A DNA stretch of 36,916 nucleotides from a virus (Duplodnaviria; Heunggongvirae; Uroviricota; Caudoviricetes): IMG/VR virus record IMGVR_UViG_2534681999_000017. One strand, written 5' to 3'. The translations under genes and the position numbers were made by a program. Positions 26,371-35,418 of this stretch are shown here, piece after piece. Numbering within the stretch: position 1 is the stretch's first letter; every line of letters begins with the position of its first letter. The notes beneath the pieces are model-generated. The model searched no databases and had not been told where the DNA came from. It worked only from the letters and a program-made list of their open reading frames with translations.

Positions 26371-26405
26371 GTTTAAAATAAAAATCCCGCGTTGTGGCGG
26401 GATTT
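26371..26405 (-). terminator. Intrinsic terminator for minus-strand transcription after gemA
   Basis: Perfect 9-bp stem AAATCCCGC/GCGGGATTT with 6-nt loop, followed on the transcribed strand by TTATTTTAAAC. Confidence 0.6.
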
Positions 26406-26409
26406 GGGG

Positions 26410-26919
26410 TTAACGGGGAAGTGATTTTTCATACTGCCTGCAAACGGCGTCATACCCCATCAGCGTGCGTTCGGGCATTCCCATCGCGGCCAGCATTTTG
26501 CGGCGGTGCCATCGCTTGAGACGCTCCAGCACATCTGAGGCCAGGGCGGGGTGTTGCTCCAGCCACTGCCAGTTTGCCACACCTTCGCCGCCGTTCTGCG
26601 CGGCCGTCTGCGATTTCACCCAGCGGTTAAGGGCGGTTTCCGCACCATCGGTGATAAAGCCCTGCCGGTGCATCACCTTCCAGATGGCGCGAATTTTGGC
26701 GGTCACCGTACCCGGTTTTAAGGCCCGGTTAACCGGGTTCTGACGCACTTTAAAACCGCGTTTTTTGAAAACATCCAGCACGCGGGATAACTCATCCGGT
26801 GACATATCCCGGCAGCTGGTTTTGCCGGTGGCTGCCAGCAGCGCGGATGTATAAGTCTCATCATCCAGGGCAAGCTCGCGCTTTGCCACATGAATGGCGG
26901 ATATCAGTTTTCCTCTCAT
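26410..26919 (-). CDS. gemA: GemA-like early protein (Mu gp16, DUF1018-like)
   Basis: 169 aa, MRGKLISAIHVAKRELALDDETYTSALL…; recalled resemblance to the GemA family, last gene of the early operon. Confidence 0.6.
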   Translation of the reverse strand: MRGKLISAIHVAKRELALDDETYTSALLAATGKTSCRDMSPDELSRVLDVFKKRGFKVRQNPVNRALKPGTVTAKIRAIWKVMHRQGFITDGAETALNRWVKSQTAAQNGGEGVANWQWLEQHPALASDVLERLKRWHRRKMLAAMGMPERTLMGYDAVCRQYEKSLPR

Positions 26920-27212
26920 ACCGTATTTACCTTTTTACGGACATGGAAAGCCTTTTCTGCCTCATCCCACCGGGCATGGTGTGTTGGTGGAATAATCATT
27001 ATGTGCCAGCCATCTCTGGTTGTTATCCGGCAGAAAAACTCACCGCTATATAACACAATGGCCTGCTGAATGAGCGCATCAGCCGCCCGTTCAACCGGAT
27101 GTCTTTTATCAAAAAAGCAGATGATTTTTCGACATAACCACCGGGTAATAACAAATGCGCCGAAAAAGGATGTGATATATAAGCACCAGAACAACAGAGA
27201 ACTATTGTCCAT
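26916..27212 (-). CDS. Hypothetical membrane protein
   Basis: 98 aa, N-terminal TM helix LLFWCLYITSFFGAFVITRWLC; lower-GC region. Confidence 0.4.
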   Translation of the reverse strand: MDNSSLLFWCLYITSFFGAFVITRWLCRKIICFFDKRHPVERAADALIQQAIVLYSGEFFCRITTRDGWHIMIIPPTHHARWDEAEKAFHVRKKVNTV

Positions 27213-27399
27213 TATCTTTCTCCTTATTCACTCTTCTGCGGCATTCGGCACAGTCATCAGGGCTTTCAAATGTATCCGGCTCGCGATTATGAGCCAGATA
27301 TAACCACCGTCCACATATACTGATATTTTCGCCTGTTTTAAAAAAATGATGCTTCCTGGCCATTAGTGGCCGCGCCCATCCAGCGGGTAGACTATTCAT
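27202..27399 (-). CDS. Hypothetical small Cys-containing protein
   Basis: 65 aa with ICGRW…DDCAEC; overlaps neighbours. Confidence 0.35.
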   Translation of the reverse strand: MNSLPAGWARPLMARKHHFFKTGENISICGRWLYLAHNREPDTFESPDDCAECRRRVNKEKDNGQ

Positions 27400-27766
27400 T
27401 TGCTTTATCCTCCATGCTGGACAGAATCATATGTATTAATGTCGGGCGTGGAGATATACGCATTTCATTAAGCGTCTGAAGGGCAGCAACAGCTGCCTGT
27501 TTATCGGTGCCTTTGGCAATTTCAGCAAGAGAATGCACAATCCATAACGGACTTAACGCCACGGCTGAATCCAGAATCATGTCATCCATAATAATTTCTG
27601 GCATATCCCGTTTGTCACATTCTTTATCCATAAAAGAAACGATTTTTTCTGCATCTTCCGGTTTCATGCCTCCGGCGATGAGAATTTTACGATATTCATA
27701 AGACGATCTTAATTCAATACTCATATTCATCTCCTGTAACTCTGACAAGGTCGTGATTTTTCTCAT
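27392..27766 (-). CDS. Hypothetical acidic protein
   Basis: 124 aa, net acidic; early operon, lower-GC block. Confidence 0.4.
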   Translation of the reverse strand: MRKITTLSELQEMNMSIELRSSYEYRKILIAGGMKPEDAEKIVSFMDKECDKRDMPEIIMDDMILDSAVALSPLWIVHSLAEIAKGTDKQAAVAALQTLNEMRISPRPTLIHMILSSMEDKANE

Positions 27767-27948
27767 TTATGTTTTCCAGTAATACGGATATATATGTCGA
27801 TAAGAAGATTCATAATAAACAGGAAGAGCGACATCCTGATAAAGAACCATATATCCGGCATCATGGACAGATTTCCTGTAACCGCAAATATAAAACCAAC
27901 CCCCCACACAGGAACGATAATTGCGAAAAAAACAAGTCTCCTTATCAT
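27763..27948 (-). CDS. Small two-TM membrane protein
   Basis: 61 aa, two hydrophobic helices (LVFFAIIVPVWGVGFIFAV and FFIRMSLFLFIMNLLIDIYI) and basic C-terminus. Confidence 0.45.
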   Translation of the reverse strand: MIRRLVFFAIIVPVWGVGFIFAVTGNLSMMPDIWFFIRMSLFLFIMNLLIDIYIRITGKHK

Positions 27949-28496
27949 GTCGTTAACTCCCGTAATACAACATCTTCGGCAGTCCGACGACGGTGATAAA
28001 TAAAACTCACCGTGCCCTCGGATAATTCAAATTTCTCGCCGATTTCCCTAAAGGTAAGACGCCGTGGTGATTCAGCATCCCGTAATTCACGAATAAGATG
28101 AACATCATCGTCAGGTATGCGGGTAAAAGGCAGTAATTCTCCGTATTTTTTCATGCTTACGCCAATATATCGCGCCCGATTGTGGACAGAATCCCGGTCT
28201 CGCCCCAGATATTCTCCTATTTGCTTACCGGTCATCGTCCTGGCATTTTTTCGGATAAATTTATCTTCATCAGGTTTAAATCTGAGGCGTTTGCATTTGA
28301 GCAACTCCGGGTAAGTACCGCGTAATAAAACAATCCGGTTATGTACACCCCAGAAACTTCTTTTTATCCTGACAGCAATATCCTTAACCGGGGTGGATGG
28401 ATAAAGCGCAATCAGCAGCGCATCTTCTTCAGGTGTCCATGCGCGAACATGAGCGGGTGCACGGCCTTTTCTCCCCATGGGTTGTAATTTCATCAT
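27945..28496 (-). CDS. Putative DNA-binding regulator with three HTH-like repeats (Myb/GcrA-like first repeat)
   Basis: 183 aa; WTPEEDALLIALYPSTPVKDIAVRIKRSFWGVHNRI, TGKQIGEYLGRDRDSVHNRARYIG, TFREIGEKFELSEGTVSFIYHRRR. Confidence 0.5.
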   Translation of the reverse strand: MMKLQPMGRKGRAPAHVRAWTPEEDALLIALYPSTPVKDIAVRIKRSFWGVHNRIVLLRGTYPELLKCKRLRFKPDEDKFIRKNARTMTGKQIGEYLGRDRDSVHNRARYIGVSMKKYGELLPFTRIPDDDVHLIRELRDAESPRRLTFREIGEKFELSEGTVSFIYHRRRTAEDVVLRELTT

Positions 28497-28499
28497 GCA

Positions 28500-29015
28500 T
28501 CACCCCCCGACTCGCTTTTCGGCAGCATAAAACTCATCAGACAGAATTTCGGTCATTTTCCGTTTTGCGGAATCATCTTCGCACTGAAGGTAAATAACAT
28601 CGTCAACGCAGAACCACTTCACGGGACCATGCAATATTGCTGAGAAGTCAATACCCAGCCAGAACAACAGTGCATCGGTTCTGGCATACGTGACGGGCGA
28701 ATATTCACGCCACAGACTGTTAAGTTCGTCAGAGGCAACGCGCAGGGCTTTGGGAATACGTGATGTGCGCGGTGTGCAGCTCCAGCCATTCGACGCAGTC
28801 GGTTTTCGCCATAAGTCGCGATGAAAAGGATATTTGTCATCCATAAAGCGCAGCCCTTTAAAACAAAAGCCACTGATACCGGATACAAATACCGACCGGC
28901 ACGCAACATTCAGCACGGCCTCAAGGCGTTTTGCCTCATCCTTAACTTTCTGGCAGTCCTGCTGATATTTTTGCCACGCGGCCAGCGCGGAAGGGTTTGA
29001 TGTTTTAAAGAACAT
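28500..29015 (-). CDS. Hypothetical protein
   Basis: 171 aa, start overlaps upstream stop by 1 nt. Confidence 0.5.
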   Translation of the reverse strand: MFFKTSNPSALAAWQKYQQDCQKVKDEAKRLEAVLNVACRSVFVSGISGFCFKGLRFMDDKYPFHRDLWRKPTASNGWSCTPRTSRIPKALRVASDELNSLWREYSPVTYARTDALLFWLGIDFSAILHGPVKWFCVDDVIYLQCEDDSAKRKMTEILSDEFYAAEKRVGG

Positions 29016-29548
29016 TACGCCACCTCCGCAGATATCCCGGCAGGTGCAGCCGTCCGGTCAACAATCAGGTAACGCAGAACATGTTCGGTGATATTCCAGC
29101 CGCTTAAACCGCAGATAATGACACCCAGGCGAATGTCGATATACGCCATCACAAACTGGGGCACGCCTTCTTTCATGGCCTGCTCATCAACTTCAACCAC
29201 CACATAAACGGTTTCGCAGGTCAGTACGCCCTGAGCAAATTCCCACGCCATCGACGGAATATCATGCCCCTCAATCCACGGCAGGGATTTTCTGAAGCTG
29301 CACCACTGAACATCATCAGCCGCACCTTCCTGGCTGCATTTGCGACGAACCGGCTGCACCGGGCGGGGACGCGGAATATCATAAAAACCGTTACATTCCG
29401 TCAGCACCCCGGCATCGACCGCATCACGCAAAAAATAAACCATCGAGGATGGCGGCATATTCATTTTTTCAGCCAGAATGCCGCAGGTCAGACGCCCGTA
29501 AATACTCAGCCAGTTTTTAACCCCTTCAAGCACTTTTGCATCAATCAT
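29015..29548 (-). CDS. Hypothetical protein, possible N-terminal winged-helix
   Basis: 177 aa; N-terminus …LSIYGRLTCGILAEKMNMPPSSMVYFLRDAVDAGVL…. Confidence 0.5.
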   Translation of the reverse strand: MIDAKVLEGVKNWLSIYGRLTCGILAEKMNMPPSSMVYFLRDAVDAGVLTECNGFYDIPRPRPVQPVRRKCSQEGAADDVQWCSFRKSLPWIEGHDIPSMAWEFAQGVLTCETVYVVVEVDEQAMKEGVPQFVMAYIDIRLGVIICGLSGWNITEHVLRYLIVDRTAAPAGISAEVA

Positions 29549-29551
29549 GAA

Positions 29552-30094
29552 TTATTCCTCCGTCAGCGCCACATATTCAGAATGTTTAATTTCCTGGCAT
29601 TCTTCAGGAATACACCCTTTTATTTCCCTGCCATAAGCGCCTACTTTAAACACCACGCACAGGGCATCACGGGAGAGCGACGGGGTCCACCAGGAGTCCG
29701 TGTTAAACATGGAGGGGATTCTCATTACCCCCAGCTTTTCACAGAGCCAGACAAGGAAATCAGGACGCTTTCTTAACTCACGTTCAGCGGTTTCAATCAT
29801 TGCGGCAATCGCCGGACCTTCAGGGCATGACTCATCAGGTCTGGCAATAAAGCACGGTCCGTCCCCGATAAAAGCCACATCATCGCGCTTACGCCAGCCC
29901 GCAGGCAGAGCACCAGAAAAATAAAACTCACTGATTACGTCCATGGCAAACGGCTTTAAGCGCAATCCGGCAGCGCCTGTATTTTTCAGTAATGCCCGAA
30001 GAATACTGTTGCGTAGCGGTAAAACAGTCTGTTGATATTTGGTGAAATATTTATTTGTCTGCACACGGTCTAATTTGAAATAAAAATATGCCAT
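29552..30094 (-). CDS. Hypothetical protein
   Basis: 180 aa; ATG at 30094 with AAGGA upstream; first gene after gam. Confidence 0.5.
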   Translation of the reverse strand: MAYFYFKLDRVQTNKYFTKYQQTVLPLRNSILRALLKNTGAAGLRLKPFAMDVISEFYFSGALPAGWRKRDDVAFIGDGPCFIARPDESCPEGPAIAAMIETAERELRKRPDFLVWLCEKLGVMRIPSMFNTDSWWTPSLSRDALCVVFKVGAYGREIKGCIPEECQEIKHSEYVALTEE

Positions 30095-30191
30095 ATATCC
30101 TGTTCCTTATTTTCAGTTTACAGGCGCAGGCAGTCCCCTGACGCGAGCGCCATAATTAAAACGAAGTGATATTTAATTGATTAATGCGGTG

Positions 30192-30722
30192 TTATTTATT
30201 CAGTCCGGCGTCCTGTTCAAAAGGCTCGACATAAAAACTTTCAGCGCCTTTATTCACCTTAATACCGGCAATCCCTTTCACCGCATCCGGCTCCGCCAGG
30301 ACCGCTTCCTTGTTCACTTCCTCTTTCGTGCGGATAAAACGCTCAAGGCCCATACGGCGCAGCATTTCAATCACACCTTCCACATCACGACTGACGCTGC
30401 ATGATGGATTCCCCAGTCGCCATGACACCGTTCCGGTGGTCAGATTGGCAGTTTTGGTTTTGCCGCCGTTCGTCAGCTCATCACGGTTGGTTTTGCACCA
30501 GTCCTGAATCCCCTTAAAAAGCACTTTGATTTCTTTTTTAAGGTTTTCAATCTGCGGCGTATAACGGGCGGTGATTTCTGCCACTTCATCATTCATCGCT
30601 GTTTCCAGGCGCAGCGCCTCTCGCTGAATATCGCCCAGGGTGCGGATATCGCGGCTGACCTCTTCACGGGTCTGCGGTGCCGCCTCTGCTGCGGCCTTTA
30701 ATTTTGTAACGCGTTTTGCCAT
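30192..30722 (-). CDS. gam: Host-nuclease inhibitor Gam (Ku-like DNA-end binding)
   Basis: 176 aa; …GDIQREALRLETAMNDEVAEITARY…WCKTNRDELTNGGKTKTANLTTGTVSWR…GLERFIRTKEEVNKEAVLAEP…, close to Mu Gam as recalled. Confidence 0.9.
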   Translation of the reverse strand: MAKRVTKLKAAAEAAPQTREEVSRDIRTLGDIQREALRLETAMNDEVAEITARYTPQIENLKKEIKVLFKGIQDWCKTNRDELTNGGKTKTANLTTGTVSWRLGNPSCSVSRDVEGVIEMLRRMGLERFIRTKEEVNKEAVLAEPDAVKGIAGIKVNKGAESFYVEPFEQDAGLNK

Positions 30723-30733
30723 TTTGTTTTTCC

Positions 30734-31027
30734 TTATTGCAGTGTGCCTGATGCTTTATGCACGCGGTGGCGTTTAATGATGGCATCCGCCCCAAAAGCC
30801 TGTACAGATGCCTGAAATTCCGCTGAGAGAAACTGAATAATTTCAGGGCTGTGATACTGGAGAATACTTGCATAAACGTCACAGAGTGACGTCGGCCTGT
30901 TATTCGTATCACGTTCTGTTTTTACATCCACACCAATCTTTTCATGCACTTCAACACAGTCATTGCCTGCCGGTTTTTCGTCATGCGAAACATGCTTAAA
31001 TTCAAAAATAACGCGTACTTTGCTCAT
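30734..31027 (-). CDS. Hypothetical small protein, paralog of 31032-31304
   Basis: Likely start MSKVRVIFEFKHV at 31027; the track start at 31054 overlaps the upstream gene. Confidence 0.45.
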   Translation of the reverse strand: MSKVRVIFEFKHVSHDEKPAGNDCVEVHEKIGVDVKTERDTNNRPTSLCDVYASILQYHSPEIIQFLSAEFQASVQAFGADAIIKRHRVHKASGTLQ

Positions 31028-31031
31028 GGAA

Positions 31032-31304
31032 TTACCCCTGCTGATTAAATTCATTACCTTTAATAACCCCGGAACGCATGCTCATATCTTTCATGAGCGC
31101 ACTGGCTTTCATTGCCACAAGTTCAGCAAAGTCTCTGCTTTCCGCGAGCATAACCACCCCAAAAATCATGGCGGGTCCATCACCTTTCTGCTTTATCCCG
31201 GTTGAACGTATGTCCAGACTTACCCCCATGCGCACTGTTCCATCAGCGTTTTTATGGATAACGTGCTCCTTGTATTCGAAAATAATGCGTACGACTTTAC
31301 TCAC
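31032..31304 (-). CDS. Hypothetical small protein, paralog of 30734-31027
   Basis: 90 aa starting MSKVVRIIFEYKEHV; shared N-terminus with the downstream neighbour. Confidence 0.45.
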   Translation of the reverse strand: MSKVVRIIFEYKEHVIHKNADGTVRMGVSLDIRSTGIKQKGDGPAMIFGVVMLAESRDFAELVAMKASALMKDMSMRSGVIKGNEFNQQG

Positions 31305-31582
31305 CCTCTGGTCCTCGTTCTGTTTGGATAACTGACCCGGCGTCTGACCTCACGGCAGAACCGAATCATGGCATTAAAGGCTTCTTCCTCCGTCACCGCT
31401 TCCGGTATCCCCGGAACCAGTAACTGCTCCTGTTCATCACGTCCATGACGCGCCATAACCTCAATCACATGCCGTACCGTGGCAGGCTTTCCGGCAACTA
31501 TCGGCAATGCACCTTCCGGCAGGACGTAACCAAACTCAATAAGACCACTCGACCACGCCCATGCAATGAGATTTTTTTTCAC
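31301..31582 (-). CDS. Hypothetical early protein
   Basis: 93 aa, coupled overlap with neighbours. Confidence 0.4.
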   Translation of the reverse strand: MKKNLIAWAWSSGLIEFGYVLPEGALPIVAGKPATVRHVIEVMARHGRDEQEQLLVPGIPEAVTEEEAFNAMIRFCREVRRRVSYPNRTRTRG

Positions 31583-31583
31583 C

Positions 31584-31850
31584 TCACACCTCCCAGTAAA
31601 CCGTGCAGCCGCTGATGCGGGTGGCCTTCACACGGCGGCGCAGGCCGTTGGTCTGTATGGTGATTTCAATTTCACCGGTTCCCTGCACGTTGCCTACCGG
31701 CGGCGTGGTTTTCAGTGCAAAACGTTGTGGGTAGCGCTTACTGCGTTCCAGTACCGCACCGGCAAGTTCGGTCAGACGGCGCGCGCTGTTCAGGGAGTCG
31801 AATAAATTCATTTTGTTACCGCAGGATTGCATATTCATATAACACCTCAT
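31584..31850 (-). CDS. Hypothetical early protein
   Basis: 88 aa per track; true start may be the internal MNLFDSLNSARRL. Confidence 0.35.
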   Translation of the reverse strand: MRCYMNMQSCGNKMNLFDSLNSARRLTELAGAVLERSKRYPQRFALKTTPPVGNVQGTGEIEITIQTNGLRRRVKATRISGCTVYWEV

Positions 31851-32078
31851 TTAGCTGACTTGTTTCGCACCAACAGAACGGCATATTCCGCTGTAAACGT
31901 CTGTCGCACCTTCGCGATCAAGTCCGGCAGATATCACCATTCGTGTGCGGTCATTAAATTCAAAAAGTAAATCGCCACATTCTTTATTTTCGGCCAGTGA
32001 AATCACCTTCACGTTATCGAAATTAACCAGGTAAAAGCGTCCGTAAATATCAGGAATATAAAATACCGCCATAATCAC
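31851..32078 (-). CDS. Hypothetical small early protein (positional equivalent of Mu kil region)
   Basis: 75 aa immediately downstream of B; assignment by position only. Confidence 0.35.
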   Translation of the reverse strand: MIMAVFYIPDIYGRFYLVNFDNVKVISLAENKECGDLLFEFNDRTRMVISAGLDREGATDVYSGICRSVGAKQVS

Positions 32079-33007
32079 ACCTGTGAGAGTAATTCAGGGT
32101 TGGTATAAACCTCTTTAAAGGCCGCATTAATATGTTTTTCTGTCAGCGCCGCACCTTCACCGCTGGCGGTGAGCCACGCCTGGTTAAGCGTATGTGTCAG
32201 AACGCGTAACGCTCCCGGCTTTTCAGCGATAGCCTGCATGACGGCCAGCTCGGCCTCACCACTGATACCCCATGCCCTGGCAATGGCCAGCACATCCGCC
32301 TTTTTGGCCTTGCGAAGTTGTTTTGTACGGGCAAGACGGCTGAACAGGCGCGATAAATCATCAAAGGCGCGGCGTCCACCTTTAAACAATCCGCGCGGGT
32401 TACCAATAAGCACCATCCCGATCCCCGTGGCGTCCTGAATTGCCCGGAGTTGCTCCAGACCGTCAATACCAAGATGATCCGCCTCATCCACAATCACTAG
32501 TCCACGCGTTCCCATCAGGCGACGGCGGATGGCGCGGGATAATGCCCCTTTGTTCGCGCGGGTGTAATCAATCCCCAGCGCATCGGCCAGCTCCAGCAGA
32601 CACTCCGTGACGCTGGAGTGCGCGGGTGACAGGGTGATCATCCAGGTGTTTGGTTGCTCCTGGCAGTAATTACGGGCGGTGGCCGTTTTACCTACCCCCG
32701 GCACGCCCACAATGACGTTAATACAGCCCATCAGGCGAACCGCCTGAAACAGTGCGCGCAGCTCCTGAACTGTCTGCGTTTCCACAAACTGCGGCGGTTC
32801 CGGCAGTGCGCTTTGTTTATTCCAGTTCTCATACCAGGAACGCAGGGAAGCAGCCACAGCGGCGTTATCGCCTTTATATTTCCCCTTGCGGAAAGCCGAT
32901 AATGTGCCGTCGGAAATTCCCGCCTCTCTGGCGATGGCATACTGCGTCAGTACGCCGCCATCAATAAGTTCATCAATGGTCTTGATTACATCGTTAATAT
33001 CAGTCAT
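32075..33007 (-). CDS. B: MuB-like AAA+ target-DNA activator / transposition ATPase
   Basis: 310 aa, N-terminal HTH and Walker A VGVPGVGKT, Walker B LVIVDEADHL; directly downstream of A. Confidence 0.9.
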   Translation of the reverse strand: MTDINDVIKTIDELIDGGVLTQYAIAREAGISDGTLSAFRKGKYKGDNAAVAASLRSWYENWNKQSALPEPPQFVETQTVQELRALFQAVRLMGCINVIVGVPGVGKTATARNYCQEQPNTWMITLSPAHSSVTECLLELADALGIDYTRANKGALSRAIRRRLMGTRGLVIVDEADHLGIDGLEQLRAIQDATGIGMVLIGNPRGLFKGGRRAFDDLSRLFSRLARTKQLRKAKKADVLAIARAWGISGEAELAVMQAIAEKPGALRVLTHTLNQAWLTASGEGAALTEKHINAAFKEVYTNPELLSQV

Positions 33008-33077
33008 ATTATTAACCTCTCATTTGATACCTTGTTTAATCAAATAACCTGAGTCGCCGCTCGGGTTATTTTTTATT

Positions 33078-35168
33078 TCAGGCCAGCGGGTCATTTTCTT
33101 TTAATTTCGCTTCGAGCAACTGCAATCCCCGCTGGAAATTGCGCTCGTATTCTTCATCAGGCTCATCATCAATGGCAGGTTGCTGAACGGCCACCGTATT
33201 ACCTACCGGGCGATAGATGTTTTCCAGCCAGGGCTCCTGCGGCTTGTGCTCCAGCACGTTGACAACCTCATCCTCGGCATCACGGATTTTTTCCTCTGCG
33301 CGTTTACGCATGCCTTTAAGGCGTTGCTGCTGTTTGTAGTATTCCGCGCTAACCGGGAAGGCTTCGCGTTTATTACCGTCCCATACCGCCTCGCAAATCA
33401 CGCTGCCATCCAGGCGACGTACGGTAATTCGTTCGGCATCATGAATGTCATAGCTGATAAGCACCTTGCGGCCATGCTCATCACGCAGCTCGGGCGCGTA
33501 GTAAATATTATTCAGCCAGCGTATTTCACAGCGTCTTACAGGGCGTTCCACCATCGGCCGGAACATGTCCCGCAATTCCACATCGGACAGCCATTCAATT
33601 TCCGTGTCCTCTTCCGCCAGGCGTTTTTTTCTGAACTCCGCCGGGCTGTAATGCTTGCCGTTCGGCTTCACCGGTAATTCATCGTGCGGCCGGTTGTTGT
33701 ACCACTCAACACCATCACGAATGGCATCAATCAGTTCAGACCAGGACGGTAAATCACGCATCGCTGACTGCTGCCGGGCGTTCAGCCGTTTGCCCTGTTG
33801 CAGGGCAGTAAATGCCGAGCGTAAATCGCGGTTGGTTTTGCGTAACGTCTCGCGATCTGCACCTTTCCCGAAATAGGTGCGGTATTTACGGGCTATGCGC
33901 ATCGGTAATGTGCGGTTAAGCCGTTCGATAATGCCTCGTCCCTGCGGATTACCGGCAATCCCGGTCGGGTGATTAATCCCCAGTCGCGGCAGTATCCCCA
34001 CAACCTCCTTATCCAGGATGTCGGCGGTTTCCCCGGAGCCGTTATCCGAGTAATACAGAAACGGTTTGCCGTGATGGCGAATGCCGTGCTGTATGGCACC
34101 GGCTACGGCGAAAACATTTTCAGCCAGGTCAAGGCTCCAGCCCACCACAAAGCGCGTGCCACCGTCGATAACAAAGGTCACTTCCGGTGCAAATGGCCGA
34201 CCGTGAACCGGGTGTGCGCATTTCAGCTTCATGCCGTGACCGTCACCAATCCAGACATAATTCACCGGCATTCTGGACCAGTCGCGGCGCGTGAATCCCT
34301 CAAGCTGGCGGTATTCACTGCCGGTCACCCGGCCTTTTTGTTTCACCACTTCCGGCAGTTTCTTCATTGCGCGGCGAATGGTGTCATAAGACGGCATGAT
34401 ATCGAGCATATAAGGCTCATCAGCGTGCCGGTGCTGCCATTCAGCGACAAAATCCTCGTAAGCCTCGGTCATTGGTCGGCCGTTTGACTGGCGATACTGC
34501 GCCAGAAATTCGGGCAGCCAGTTAATATCTTCGGCTTTTATTTCCTGGCGTTTACCCGGTGCCAGTAAAAGCAGGCGTTCAGCGGCGTTCTGTGCCTTGT
34601 TAAAGGCCGCAATCCATCGCTTCAGCGTGATTTCACTCAACGCACGGCTGTTTCCCTTTTTGGCGTTCGCCGTCTCAACCATTGCCACAATGCGCTCGTC
34701 CAGCTGTGAACGTGCCAGGTTGTCAACGATAAACCGGATAGCCTTCGCGCAGCTGAAACCGGGTTGTTGCGCGACTTTCATCACTTCGCTGACGATCGCG
34801 ATTCGTGCATCAGCCACCTGGCGCTGGTTTTCAGTCAGGGCATTGAGGCGTTCGACCATCAGTTGTGGTGATCCGCGATATGCCTCCACCGCATCAACCA
34901 CGTCAGATGAGCGTCTGGCCTTTGTCACCACCGGAGCCGGTGATTCATCGGCTTTTTGCGTCATCAGTTGCAGGGCATAACGTTCACGTAATGCCTGCTG
35001 CGTCACTTCAGGTAAACAGTCGATGCTGTATTCAGTTGCTTTAGAGCCTGAGCGACGACGGGAACAACAGCTTTTCCCTTGTACGTAACGTTGTAATGCC
35101 TGGCGAATACCTTTTGTTGTAGCAGGCATTCCGGGCGCGCCAATCAGTTCTTTTGCAATGACATACAT
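33078..35168 (-). CDS. A: MuA-like DDE transposase
   Basis: 696 aa; rve-type catalytic core (…WIGDGHGMKLK…YYSDNGSG…IERLNRTLP…), downstream of ner and upstream of B. Confidence 0.92.
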   Translation of the reverse strand: MYVIAKELIGAPGMPATTKGIRQALQRYVQGKSCCSRRRSGSKATEYSIDCLPEVTQQALRERYALQLMTQKADESPAPVVTKARRSSDVVDAVEAYRGSPQLMVERLNALTENQRQVADARIAIVSEVMKVAQQPGFSCAKAIRFIVDNLARSQLDERIVAMVETANAKKGNSRALSEITLKRWIAAFNKAQNAAERLLLLAPGKRQEIKAEDINWLPEFLAQYRQSNGRPMTEAYEDFVAEWQHRHADEPYMLDIMPSYDTIRRAMKKLPEVVKQKGRVTGSEYRQLEGFTRRDWSRMPVNYVWIGDGHGMKLKCAHPVHGRPFAPEVTFVIDGGTRFVVGWSLDLAENVFAVAGAIQHGIRHHGKPFLYYSDNGSGETADILDKEVVGILPRLGINHPTGIAGNPQGRGIIERLNRTLPMRIARKYRTYFGKGADRETLRKTNRDLRSAFTALQQGKRLNARQQSAMRDLPSWSELIDAIRDGVEWYNNRPHDELPVKPNGKHYSPAEFRKKRLAEEDTEIEWLSDVELRDMFRPMVERPVRRCEIRWLNNIYYAPELRDEHGRKVLISYDIHDAERITVRRLDGSVICEAVWDGNKREAFPVSAEYYKQQQRLKGMRKRAEEKIRDAEDEVVNVLEHKPQEPWLENIYRPVGNTVAVQQPAIDDEPDEEYERNFQRGLQLLEAKLKENDPLA

Positions 35169-35169
35169 A

Positions 35170-35418
35170 TCATGACGCCTTTCTCATATAGCTCTTAACC
35201 TGGTATCTACTGGGCCAGATTTCTTCAGGCGATACCCCAAGAGCATCAGCAATTATTTGCTGATACGGTCGGCAAGGAGTACGTAATACGCTTTTCAGCG
35301 AATCCCTGCTGTAACCAGCCTTTAAAGATAAAGAGCGCAGTGATAAGCCAGCCATGTGTAAGCGCGCCTTGATGATTTCAGGCGGCCAATCGTGATCTGA
35401 AACTTCTCTTCTACTCAT
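35170..35418 (-). CDS. ner: Ner-like DNA-binding regulator (Ner/Nlp family)
   Basis: 82 aa; …IIKARLHMAGLSLRSLSLKAGYSRDSLKSVL…QQIIADALGVSPEEIWPSRYQ matches Mu Ner …IIANALETKPEVIWPSRYQ. Confidence 0.85.
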   Translation of the reverse strand: MSRREVSDHDWPPEIIKARLHMAGLSLRSLSLKAGYSRDSLKSVLRTPCRPYQQIIADALGVSPEEIWPSRYQVKSYMRKAS

